A DNA stretch of 64,000 bases, taken from positions 1,922,001 to 1,986,000 of the forward strand of contig NW_027590117.1 of assembly GCF_964213995.1 (NCBI RefSeq), given 5' to 3'. Below the pieces are notes generated by a model that saw nothing but the letters and a program-made list of their open reading frames with translations, was not told the DNA's origin and did not search any database. Position numbers and translations under genes: made by a program. This stretch comes from Mustelus asterias. Lineage: Eukaryota. This document shows positions 25,196-37,759 of the stretch, piece after piece (the first letter of the stretch is position 1; each line of letters begins with the position of its first letter).

Positions 25196-25660
25196 CCTCT
25201 CTATCCCCAGAAGGTGCTGACTCTGGCTGGGTTCAGTTCTACACTCACTGGTTCCTCTCTCTCTCCTGAAGTTGCTGACTCTGGCTGGGTTCAGTTCCAC
25301 ACTCACTGATTCCTTTCTCTATCCTGAAGGTGCTGACTCTGGCTGGGTTCAGTTCCACACTCACTGGTTCCTCGCTCTCTCTCCTGAAGGTGCTGACTCT
25401 GGCTGGGTTCAGTTCCACACTCACTGGTTCCTCTCTCTCTCCTGAAGGTGCTGACTCTGGCTGGGTTCAGTTCTACACTCACTGATTCCTCTCTCTCTCT
25501 CTCCTGAAGGTGCTGACTCTGGCTGGGTTCAGTTCTACACTCACTGATTCCTCTCTCTCTCTCTCCTGAAGGTGCTGACTCTGGCTGGGTTCAGTTCTAC
25601 ACTCACTGATTCCTCTCTCTCTCTCTCCTGAAGGTGCTGACTCTGGCTGGGTTCAGTTCA
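25196..25660. repeat. Minisatellite, 8 units of 58-62 bp
   Basis: Unit cctgaaggtgctgactctggctgggttcagttc(t/c)acactcactg(a/g)ttc(ct)n. Confidence 0.95.
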
Positions 25661-25777
25661 GACGCTGGAAATCTCAAATGAAACAGAAAAGAAAGCTCAG
25701 CAGATTGTGCAGCATCTGTTTACAGAGAGAAACAGAGTTAGTTTTTCAGGTCTGTGACCTTTCATCAGAACTTGGGA

Positions 25778-27462
25778 ACATAGAAACTCGGAACAGGAGT
25801 CGGCCATTCAGCCCTTTGAGCCTGTTCCATCATTCAATGTGATCATGTCTGATCCTATATCGCAATTCCATATTCTCAGCTTTTCCCAATACCTCTTGAT
25901 GCCATTAAAATCTAAAAATTTCTCTCTCTCCTTCTTGAATATATGCAGTGACTTGGTCGCCACAGCTTCTGAGGTAGAGAATTCCACAGGTTCACCACCC
26001 TCTAAGTGAAGAAATCTCTCCTCATCTCATTTCTAAATGGTGTACTCCATATCCTAAGACTGTGGCCCCTTGTTCTACATTCCCCAACCAAGGAAAACAT
26101 CCTTCCTGCAGCTAGTCTGTCCAGCCCTGTTAGAATTGTATATTTTTCAATCAGATCTCCTCTCATCCTGTCCTTTCTGTTTTTCACACCAAAGTGTATA
26201 ACTTCATATTTAGCCGCTTTGTGCTGCATCTACCATGTGCTTGTTCACTCACTCAACTTGTCTAAATCACCTTGAAGCCTCCTTACATCCTCCTCACAAC
26301 TCACAATTCCGCCCAGTTTTGTGTTGTCAGCAAACGTGGAAATGTTACGTTTGGTTCCCTCATCCAGATCGGGATGGGATTAGAATAGATAGGTGCTGAT
26401 GGCCGGTGCATACACGAGGGGCCAAATGGCCTCTTTCTGTGCTGTAAAATTCTCTGACTCTATGACTTCTTAAAGAAGTCATTCATTGACTGTCCTTTGG
26501 GAACTCCAGAGATGATGATTGGTTCGATAGAAATGAAAATCTTTTGTCTTTTCTCTGGTGTCTTACACTTTGCTCCTTGCTTCCTGACTGGAATCTCCAA
26601 ACTGGGGGAATTGTGGATCCTGGTGACATCACCCTGTTGGGGATGAAGGTATTGTCACAGAGTCCTGTGTTGTCAATGTACCGACCCGTTACCACAGTTA
26701 CCCAGTTTCACTGGATGCTGACAGAATGTTTACCATTGATTTTGTGTTCTACCTGCCAGCTGTTCAGATGGAATACAGATGCTGTGAGTGAGCATTGTCC
26801 CCATCCCACTTACAGCAATGATAGTGACAATCTGCATCATTTCCAGTTAGGGCTAGAGTCATAGTCATACAGTCACAGACATTCACAGCTGGAAACAGGC
26901 CCTTCAGCCCAACTAATCCGTGTCGTCCAGTTTTTACCAATAAGCTATTCCCAATTGCCTGCGTTTGGCCCATATCCCTCGATACCAATCTTACCCATGC
27001 AACTATCGAAATGCTTTTTAAAAGACAAAATTGTAACTGCTTCTACTACTACCTCTGGCAGCTCGTTACAGACACTCACCACCCTCTGTGTGAAAAAATT
27101 GCCCCTCTGGACCCTTTTGTGTTTCTCCCCTCTCACCTTAAACCTGTGTCCCCCACTTTTAGACTCCCCTAACTTTGGGAAAAAATGTTGACTATCTTCC
27201 TCATCTGTGGTCCTCATTATTTTATAACCTCTATAAGATCATCCCTAAGACTCCTACGCTCCAGACAAAAAGTCCCAGACTATTCATCCTCTCCTTATAA
27301 CTCAAACCATCAAGTCCCGGTAGCATCATAGTAAATCTTTTCTGCAGTCTTTCTCATTTAATAATATCCTTTCTATAACAGTGTGACCAGAACTGTACAC
27401 AGTATTCCTAGTGGGCCCTTACCAATGTCTTGTACAACTTCAACATGACGTCCCAACTCCTA
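25778..27462 (-). mobile_element. CR1 3' fragments (25778-26370 and 26860-27462)
   Basis: RGDLIEKY..RTRGHSL and FFTQRVVSV motifs on the minus strand. Confidence 0.85.
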
Positions 27463-27634
27463 TGTGAGGATAAATAGACCAATACATTCCATTGCCATTC
27501 CTGCAGTTGATAATGAAGTGAAAAAGCCGGTGTTTAATGAAATGCCCCAGGGGGAAATCTGCTCGAATGTAACAACTCCGCAAAATCCTTAATTATTGTT
27601 GTTTCTGTTCAACCAGCCCCGAGAAGCTTGGAAG

Positions 27635-28403
27635 ATGGAAGTTCCCGACTGGTCTGAAGTTCATAGAAACCATAGAAACGCTACAGTGCAGAAGGAGGCC
27701 ATTCGGCCCATCGAGTCTACACCGACCACAATCCCACCCAGGCCCTACCCCCACATATTTACCCGCTAATCCCTCTAACCTACGCATCTCAGGACACTAA
27801 GGGGCAATTTTTAACCTGGCCAATCAACCTAACCTGCACATCTTTGGACTGTGGGAGGAAACCGGAGCACCCGGAGGAAACCCACGGAGACGATGTGCAA
27901 ACTCCACACAGACAGTGACCCGAGCTGGGAATCGAACCCGGGACCCTGAAGCTGTGAAGCAGCAGTGCTAACCACTGTGCTACCGTGCTGTCCTAGTTGG
28001 AGATGGCGATGAGGAGGAGCCAAATCTCAACAACTTGCTGGCAGACATCAAAAGTCATCTGCTTTGGAGCAAGGAGACCCTCAAACAGGCCATTCAGAGC
28101 AGCCAAGACCCTGGAACATCACCGCTGCTGGAGAACAGAGAAGGTGTGAGGCAAGGCAGGATGCTCGAGTGGTCAAAAGATGGGACTGAATCATTGGTGG
28201 AGTCTCCTACTCCAGTTCTGACTCCTTCTGACATTGATGGACGGTTTGAAGTGGAGGAAATTAGTCAGGATGGAAGTGGTGACGAGATTTACAGTCACTC
28301 CCTCAGCTTAGAGACCATTTTTAAGACAATTTATGCAGCATTTCCACTCTGGGTTGGATGTCAGATCAGCTCACCAGACGGAAGGAAGACTAGAGCTCGA
28401 TGA
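27635..28403 (+). pseudogene. Possible SINE-interrupted ORF of unknown family (~145 aa if reconstructed)
   Basis: Acceptor-like tttctgttcaaccag ending at 27616 and aagATGg at 27635; MEVPDWSEV joins LVGDGDEEEPNLNNLLADIKSHLLWSKE.. after removing the SINE; sequence does not resemble the repeats in this window. Confidence 0.35.
27662..27990 (-). mobile_element. Full-length HE1-type SINE (young)
   Basis: Nearly identical to 7357-7702; catagaaaccatagaaac tail. Confidence 0.9.
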
Positions 28404-28793
28404 GGCCATTCAGCCCCAATACTTTCTCAAATGCTCCGCTGTGCAGTTCAAAACCTGGAAGGCCGGGATTCAAGCCACGTTACACAGGCGACTGGGAAAA
28501 GCACCATCGGATTAATCAGACCACTGGCCCAGACTGGAAAGACTAAAGGTTCAGCAGAGAGACGTCAACATGAATTTTCATTTTTAATGTTTCTTCTTTA
28601 CTCTCAACAATTTATTGTGTTTGTATAATTATCTTAAATGTTTCACATTAAAACAAATACTCAGAATATTTAGCATTGCCGGAGAAGTGTAACCGGGAAA
28701 GTGCCCTGTCCATTCAGTTTGGGGAACACTTCCTGACAGAGGAAGATTGGGACATGACAGCTTCTCCCTATCAGCTCCTTCCAATTCCCTCCA

Positions 28794-28925
28794 CATGATC
28801 AGAACAGACACACAAACACAGTTGGATTAGTCTGACCAGCCCGCTCCTTTCATACACTCTCTCTTCCACAATATTCACACCTACACATTCACAGGACAAA
28901 ACTTTTACCAACTGTAAGGTCCCAG
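28794..28925 (-). repeat. Inverted copy of the H1 upstream segment 30945-31076
   Basis: 132-bp reverse-complement match with few mismatches. Confidence 0.9.
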
Positions 28926-29879
28926 CACAGAATGTTTTACTCCTTTCACAATTCTGAACACTTCTATCAAATCTCCTCTCAACCTTCTCTTCGTCAAAGA
29001 GAACAGACCCAAATTCTCAATCTACCGATGTAACTGAACTTCCTCATCCCTGGACCCATGCCCAGAGATTTATTGCACCCTCTCCAATGCCTTCACATCC
29101 TTTCCAACGACTGCTGTCCAGATCAGAGTCAAATACTCCAACTGAGGCCAAACCAGTGTTTTATACAGGTTTCCCATAACCTGCTTGCTCTTGTACTCTA
29201 TGTCCCTACGTATAAAGCTCACAAAACCAAATACTTTATTAACCATGCTCTCAACCTGCCACTCAAACAGCAATTATTAGTGTCACATTTAACTGCAGGC
29301 CCCTTGTTCCTGCATGCTTTTACAATTGTATCATTACTTTTATATTGTCTCAACCTTTTCTTCCCAATGAAATAAATCATTTCACACTTCTCTGCTTTAA
29401 ATTGGTCTTGTTTGACCAATCCACAAGCTGTATAAGGAACTTTGAGCTTCAGCAGTACCCCCTCACTGTTCACAATGCTGCCATGTATTGTACAATTACC
29501 ACAGTTTGAATGTGTGCTCTGTACAGCATTGCCGATGTCCAAAGCCTTAACCACTCAGTCATCGCAGCTGCACATGTGTCAGAATGATGGAACCACCCCA
29601 ATAACGTTCATATTAACTTCATCAGGTACCAGGATTGTGCAGAGCACAGTGTGTGAACTGTAATTTTATCTTTGTCTCTGATGGAGAACTCATTTATTAG
29701 GTCAGAGATTTGGTTTTCTATTTCAATAATTTTTCATTTGAAACGAATTACGTCCGAAGAAAAAAATGAAACTTTTTATTATTTTATTTCATTCCTGTCA
29801 AATGTTGCGTTCGTACTGTTTTTGTCCACTCGGTTTAAAACACAAGAAACCGTGGACAAGGTTCTACATAAACTATCAA

Positions 29880-29951
29880 TGTGATAGCCGGGAATCGAAC
29901 TCGGGTCAATTGTTTGGAAGGCAGCTGTGCTCACCACTATACCACCATCAC
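29880..29951 (-). pseudogene. tRNA-Gly (TCC) pseudogene
   Basis: Reverse complement GTGATGGTGGTATAGTGGTGAGCACAGCTGCCTTCCAAACAATTGACCCGAGTTCGATTCCCGGCTATCACA; acceptor stem pairs, anticodon stem has two mismatches. Confidence 0.85.
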
Positions 29952-31049
29952 TCAATCTGCTCAAACAGCCCTTCTTTTCAATAGTTATAATTAGGAACTA
30001 CCTTCGCTGCTGATTTCATCAGACATTTGGTGTGTCCATGGCACAGTTTGTAAACTGAACTTGGCTTTTCTCGTTTTTCTGGACAGTTTCAGCCACCTTT
30101 TTACTATTGTTTCTGACTGAGAACTCATTGATTAGTTTTGAGGCCTGTTCTTTCATTTTAACAAAGTTTCCACAAAGTAAATTGAAGCTGGATTTTCCAT
30201 TAGAACCACAGTGATGGTGAGAATCTTTAGTGAATTTTATTTTAGGAATGCCCACCTGCTGTTGTGACCTGCGATAGTTAATTAAATAAATCACCATTGT
30301 GATGGTCAGGAACTGACTCTTGGTCAAATGCTCGCACAGTCACGACTCCACCACCATCGCTCACCTGGCTCTTCCACCCCTTCTGTAACAAAGTTCAGCT
30401 TTGACAGTGAATCTGGTTTCCTCAGGCCCAATCGGAGGATGGTCGGAAACTGTCCATCACTATCAGAAACTTCACTTTCAGCGAGTGGGGGATGATTATT
30501 TAACTGGCTGTCACTGGTTGTTGAGGTTGTGATTTACTGTTACCTGTCAGTGCAGAAGATACAAATAAAACAGGAAATCTAGAGACTCCGAGAGCAGATA
30601 ATTTGTATTTTCACCTGAAAGACACAATGATGTCTGCAATCACTATAATAACTGAAACCCCCCCAGATATTATTAGCTCTGGCCACGGAATCTGGTTAAC
30701 AGATGTGGTCCCACACCACATGGACTGCAGCGGTTCCAGAAGGCAGCTCATCACCACCTTCCCAAGGGCAATTAGGGATGGGCAATAAATGCTGACCCAG
30801 ACAGCGACACTCACATTCCATGAATGAATTCAAAGGCAATCTGCAGGGAGCGGGCTTCAGAGTGTTTAACAGTTACTGAGATGAAAAACTATAACTAACC
30901 CCCTGGAATCCGGAGCAAAGGCCGGAAGGAGGAGAAATTCCGTCCTGGGACCTTACAGTTGGTGAAAGTTTTGTCCTGTGAATGTGCAGATGTGAATATT
31001 GTGTAAGAGAGAGTGTATGAAAGGAGCGGGCGGTTCAGACTAATCCAAC

Positions 31050-31410
31050 TGTGTTTGTGTGTCTGTTCTGATCATGAGATCTCCGAGTCTCTCTTGTGTA
31101 AAATAAAACGATTTTCAATCAAAGATTCCCCCCAATCCCCCTGCTGAGCCCCAAAGTTAGATTTCAAGGCAATTGTTTCGCTAAATTGAAGATTTCAGTG
31201 GAAAAGTAGAGAACATGTCAGCTATCGCGTGTGAGAGCGCGATCAGTGCAGCAGTAAAACGGGTTTCAGTGGAAAATGGAGTCCTCAGTTCGAGCGAAAC
31301 CTTTTCAACAGCAAACATTCGTGTGTCAGAGACATGAAGGATGTGAGCTGGATCTCTGGAGAGGCGGAATTTCATTGCAAGGGGAGAGTTTGTGAGGAGA
31401 GAGAAACACA
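31050..31410 (+). promoter_or_regulatory. H1 promoter elements: TG-box-like TGTGTTT (31050-31056) and H1/AC box AAACACA (31404-31410)
   Basis: Motifs seen directly, 354 nt start-to-start; no CCAAT or TATAAA between the AC box and the ATG. Confidence 0.6.
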
Positions 31411-31554
31411 GAGAGGTTGGAGGAGCCGGGAGCTGACAGCAGCTTGTCTCTGCTCCGTCCGCTCTCTGCCTTCAAGTTGCTCTGTGCCGCCACCACTGAG
31501 TTCATTTCGGATCCAGTTCTGACTCTCACACAGATTTTCCACACCCTCTCGGAT

Positions 31555-32220
31555 ATGACTGAAACTGCAGCCGCCGAAACGGCTCCTCCAGCCGCTCCCG
31601 CTCAAGTGAAGTCTCCCAGGAAGAAGAAGGCGGCTCCCCGACCTGCGGCAGCCGGTCCCAAGTTAGGCGAGCAGATCCTCAATGTTGTGGCGGGATGCAG
31701 CGATCGCAAGGGGATGTCCCTGGCCGCGATAAAGAAAGCTTTGGCTGGCAGCGGAGTGGATGTGGGGAAGCGCGGCTCCCAGATCAGGTTAACGATCAAG
31801 AGGAAGGTGGAGACAGGGTCTCTGGTGCAGATAAAGGGACAGGGCGCCTCCGGCTCCTTCAAACTCGCTAAGAAGGAAAGCCCGGGGAAAATGGGAAAGA
31901 AGGTGAAGACACCAACAGCCAAGAAATCTTTAGTAAAGAAAACAGCGGCCAAGAAGGTGACAACAAAGAAAGCAGCAGCCAAGAAACCCGCAGCCAAGAA
32001 ACCTGCAGCAAAGAAAACTCCAGTGAAGAAATCAACAGTGAAGAAAACAAGCAGCAAGAAGGCGGCAACTCCAAAAAAGGCGGTGAAGAAAGCAGCCCTG
32101 AAGAAAAAGTCTCCTGTGAAGAAGGTGACGGGCGGAAAGTCTGTCAAAAAAGTGACTAAATCGAAGGCCAAACCCAAAGTGAAAGCAGCAAAAGCGAAGA
32201 AAGCGTCAGGAAAGAAGTGA
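31555..32220 (+). CDS. H1: Histone H1 (linker histone), 221 aa
   Basis: MTETAAAETAPP N-tail, globular domain with QIKGQGASGSFKL, K/A/P-rich C-tail with S/TPxK-type motifs; intronless; downstream stem-loop. Confidence 0.95.
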   Translation: MTETAAAETAPPAAPAQVKSPRKKKAAPRPAAAGPKLGEQILNVVAGCSDRKGMSLAAIKKALAGSGVDVGKRGSQIRLTIKRKVETGSLVQIKGQGASGSFKLAKKESPGKMGKKVKTPTAKKSLVKKTAAKKVTTKKAAAKKPAAKKPAAKKTPVKKSTVKKTSSKKAATPKKAVKKAALKKKSPVKKVTGGKSVKKVTKSKAKPKVKAAKAKKASGKK

Positions 32221-32256
32221 AACAACCCGAGCAAATTGTAAACCTCTGAACCCAAA

Positions 32257-32297
32257 GGCTCTTCTCAGAGCCACCCACATCTCTCAGGAAAGAGCTG
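32257..32297 (+). promoter_or_regulatory. Histone 3' stem-loop and HDE (H1)
   Basis: GGCTCT-TCTC-AGAGCC at 32257-32272, then ACCCA, then AAAGAGCTG. Confidence 0.92.
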
Positions 32298-33040
32298 ATC
32301 CCGCAAGAAAATGATTCCTGTCCCGCGGCCCGGCTCATTCTCAATAGAGATCATTTCAAATTCAGACTAAAGCAAAACACAGCAGAGGCTGAATTTCATT
32401 TGAATTTCACATTTGTTCAATCGCAACTTTCTCTCATAATGAAGATGTCTGGTAGATTCAGTGTGAGACAGTAACACTGGCGGCTAAATACCGCTTTCCA
32501 ACTTCAATTTTAACACAGGAGATTTCCCAAAACAGCTGCAAAAAGGCATTTGTAAACAGCTGGAAGCGGATGTGGGTGAGGATGTTCCTGAGGGAGATTC
32601 TTCCTCGATTCTTGCTGTGCTTAAGTCGGAATATTACTGACTGGGAATCATAACGGGGCCAGGTTTTAAACACAAAAGCAAAAAGTCACGAACCGACTCG
32701 TTAACTCCCTCTTCACAAAAGCTGCCGGAGCTGCTGATTATTTGCAGCATTTTCTGTTTTGATTCCATATTTCAAAGCTCCAGGTTTGTGGAAACTCTTG
32801 TGTGTGAAGGGCGGCTCTGGAAGGGTTTGTGTGGGGAGCTGTGTTTCGCTTCCATTGTTATTAAACGGGTTGAAATTGGAGGTTGCTGAAACTGGAGGTT
32901 GAGCTGAAAGATCAGGGGCCGTTCTGTGTGTGTGTGTCAGTCCGGCTCTCTCCTCCCTCCCGCTCTGTGTTTAATCTTCACTCTGTCTCCTCCCCTCTCT
33001 GCTCTCACTCCGCCTTCCTCAGTCAGGTCGGTGCGGGCTG

Positions 33041-33047
33041 TATAAAA
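33041..33047 (+). promoter_or_regulatory. TATA box of H4
   Basis: TATAAAA 63 nt upstream of the ATG. Confidence 0.75.
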
Positions 33048-33094
33048 GGAGCCTGAAAGATTTCCTCTCTCATGTTGTGCAGTGATCTGAGTGA

Positions 33095-33415
<321 letters not shown>

Positions 33416-33446
33416 ACAACTCGATCCTTTCTCCCGAACACACAAA

Positions 33447-33487
33447 GGCTCTTTTAAGAGCCACTCACCGCTTCACAGAGAGAGCAG
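33447..33487 (+). promoter_or_regulatory. Histone 3' stem-loop and HDE (H4)
   Basis: GGCTCTTTTAAGAGCC at 33447-33462; purine-rich agagagagcag follows. Confidence 0.92.
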
Positions 33488-34646
33488 TGACCTGGGAACG
33501 GCAGCTGGGACAGGCTGTTCAGTGTTTGAGATGCATGTTTGTTTTGTTTAGGTTACAGTGCGGGAATCACCGAATTTAACATTTCATTTGGAGCGGCCAT
33601 GCGGATTGTTTTTGAAATTTTTAAGTGGATTGTCTGAGCAGTTCCCAGTTGACATGTGCCCTCAGTGAAACGCCGCATCACTCCTGTTTAATCACTCAGT
33701 GTTTGGATCGAGTTTATAAAAGCTTTCTCTGGAATAGCGGAGTTTAGTAGCAGCAGCCGGTGAATCGTTCACTGGAACCAGTCCCAGTTGTGATGCTATT
33801 TGCCCCAGACGGTTGTTTCCTGCACTGAAACTGACAGGCTTTGTGAAACTGATCAGTTTCCGCTCAGTCATTCACAAACCCGCAATTCCCGCAGTTTGAG
33901 CCGCTCCAACCCCAGTCTGCTTCTGATTGGCCATCCTCTCCGCACTCGCAGCTCTGAACCAATCGCAGAGCATCGAATGTGAAGATTGAGCCAATCATTG
34001 GCTTCAACTGTCAACCGGCATAAATTTTGAATTGGGGGGAAATGCCGCCAATTTCAGCGCGGGAAAGGGAATTGAGACAAATTCTTAACTTATTAAAAAT
34101 AGATTCTCAATTAATATTCTGCTATAAGATTATTTTACAAAGAGGTTTCATTTGTGAACATTTGTCCGCCACGGGCAGCAAACGACTCCATTCAGTAATG
34201 TCAAACGGGACAAATATGAAGTCACTCTCTGTAACAAACAACAAACTCAACCCCTTTCACACCGGCTTCAGGGAGACACAGAGAAGCGACTGATTTCTGA
34301 TCCTTTCCCCCGAAAACGACGGCGAATGTTACAAGCGGCAGGAGAGGGGAAATCTGAATGGGCTGGAGAGGAAAGGGACAGGGATCGAGTGGAACAGCGG
34401 GAGATTCTGGGAATGAACAGCCCAGAGAGCGGGGAAAGGGTCTAAAGCACTAAGTGCAGGGAGATCGACTTCAAATCTTCAATATTTCGAGTAATGTTTA
34501 TTTTAATAAGGACGGGATAAAGTCTTTTATACAGACGGCTATTTCCTGCATCGAAAACGGCCCAATTTCTGAAAGGCGCGGTTAACAAAACAACTGATCC
34601 AATCAGAACCTGAGTTACAGACATTAATTCGCTGGTCACCGTTTGA

Positions 34647-35180
<534 letters not shown>

Positions 35181-35209
35181 ACCCCGGCCTCAGCACCAAG
35201 TACAACAAC

Positions 35210-35250
35210 GGCTCTTTTAAGAGCCACCAAATCGGCAAATGAAAGAGCTG
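35210..35250 (+). promoter_or_regulatory. Histone 3' stem-loop and HDE (H3)
   Basis: GGCTCTTTTAAGAGCC at 35210-35225; GAAAGAGCTG at 35241-35250. Confidence 0.93.
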
Positions 35251-35900
35251 CGATCTCCTGTTAACGATTCTCGTGTTTCAATTCCCAGGACAGAATATTC
35301 CCAGGACTCCAATACTGAAACCTCTTAATGTTATAATTAACTCTCCGTTGCATTGAGGTCACTCATATCTCCAATCCTCTGATGGTTAGAGTAAAAACGA
35401 TGCCGTTAACAATTCTACTGCAGTTTAATTTTAAAGTGGTTTTATTAAACCTGCGATAATTTCAGTTTCCGAGGAATAATTCCCCAAATCCACTTTGTCC
35501 TCATGTTTCGAGTCGCAGCGTGAGTGACGCAATTTTCAACAGTCAGGAAGCATCTCAAACAGTAACCCACTCACACCGATATAACCATTGCAGAAACGCT
35601 TGCACATTCGCATAGACAATAATTAACACTTTTCCAGATACAATGACTGGCTCTGAAAACCGATGGGTTGCAGATGAATGTCCTCGCAGACTATCACATT
35701 TTAAAGCAATTATATTGGAAATAGGATCATTTCAGTTCACTGGGATGGTTTCCCCGATAAACAACAGCAACTTGTATTAAAATACTGTATGTGTCAATCG
35801 TACGGATTGATAGAACAAAGCGGGAAACAGCTGTGCTGTGAATAGCAGTGCAGAAACTGACCGATAGACACCAGGTCGCCCTTTTTCAGATAAAGTGAGT

Positions 35901-35916
35901 GGCTCTGAAAAGAGCC
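35901..35916 (-). promoter_or_regulatory. Histone 3' stem-loop (H2A copy 1)
   Basis: Minus strand GGCTCTTTTCAGAGCC. Confidence 0.93.
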
Positions 35917-35946
35917 TTTGGGTTATCAGATTAAAGAATGGTCGCT

Positions 35947-36396
<450 letters not shown>

Positions 36397-37407
36397 TTAT
36401 AAACTGACAGCTCCTCTGATTGGCCGCTGCTCTATTCACCTCATTTGCCTATATTCTTCACCAATCAGCTCACTGGAAACAGAAGAGGGCGGGATTTCCC
36501 CACAACAACCGGCAGAAGCAGAGAATTTGTCCATTTCCAAAAGCCCGCCAATTTCATTGTGGGAAAGGAGCGAATTCAAATCAATGTCGCCCTCAGTCAG
36601 AGATTTCAAATCCCTTCTATTGATTTGCTTTTATTCAGCTCTTCCCGTTACCAATCGGAGGCGCGGCTTTAACATTTTCTATCAATGTGCTTCATTCTCC
36701 TATCGCTTTCTAACTGTCCTGGGCGGGAATCAATCCCTGTTCACAGCATTCCCAGAAGGAAAACACTCCGTTTAGTCTTCAATCAGAACCCAGTGTCCTT
36801 CACTGAAAACAGGGAGCCGGATCGAGTCCGCACACTGTCCTTATTCCGCTCTGTAATAATCCCACTCCGGAATGTTACCCTGCGGAGAATTACTGTGAAT
36901 AAAATGATGAATCAACGAACATTTCAGGAATTGAGAGAAGGGACCGTTACCGCGAAAAATAGCCGCGAATGAGGTCATTTAGGGGCTGTGAAAATAACAG
37001 AATAATAACAGCTTTCAGCACAAAGCGAAGGCAGCTGAGTGAATTCTGGGCTAATGTTTGGTTTGCAGGACAGGAGACAGTGGAAGTTATTCCATTTTGC
37101 ATTCTAACCATCGAATAGGAAGGTGCCGGATACAGCTTTTCACAGAGACTGACGATTCGATTTCCTCACCCAAATGTTATTGGAATGATGATCAAATAGG
37201 ATTCGGGAAAGATTTTTCCCTCCATCCCCTGGATTTACACCGGCTGAAAGAACAACGAGAAAAGTTCATAGTGATGGGGCAGAAACGGATTATCCTTGGG
37301 AACACATTTAGTTTGAAAGGTCCTTGTGATGTAATCGAGCAGAGTGGTTATGTTTGTGGCGAGATGCAGGAAACTGTAGACGAACAGAGGGCCGTGTTTT
37401 CTTAAAA

Positions 37408-37757
37408 ATTCATTTGTGGGACATGGGCACCGCTGACTGGCCAGCATTTAATGCACATCCTGAGTTGCCCTTGTTCAGAGGACAGTTGAGTCAACCACAG
37501 TGCTGTAGCTCTGGAGTCACATGAAGGCCATACCGGGTAAGGACGGCAGATTTCCTCCCTAAAGTGAACCAGATAGGATTTTCTGACAATCGACAATTGC
37601 TTCACGGTCAACAGTAGATTCTTAATTCCAGATATTTTTTATCAAATTTAAATTCCATCAACTGCTGTGGCAGGATTCGAACCCGGGTCCCCAGAACATT
37701 AGCTGAGTTTCTGGATTAATAGCATAGTGATAATACCACTCGGCCATCACCTCTCCA
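37408..37757 (-). mobile_element. Near full-length tRNA-derived SINE family 2
   Basis: Minus head GATGGCCGAGTGGTATT..GGGTTCGAATCC; 3' tail shared with CR1-clade family B. Confidence 0.8.
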
Positions 37758-37759
37758 GT

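Noticed and set aside
25196-25660. Repeat-spacer appearance
   Set aside because: The variable part is only (ct)n length; it is an ordinary minisatellite
29880-29951. Compensatory acceptor-stem changes suggesting a functional tRNA-Gly
   Set aside because: One pair is explainable by CpG decay on both strands, and the anticodon and T stems carry mismatches
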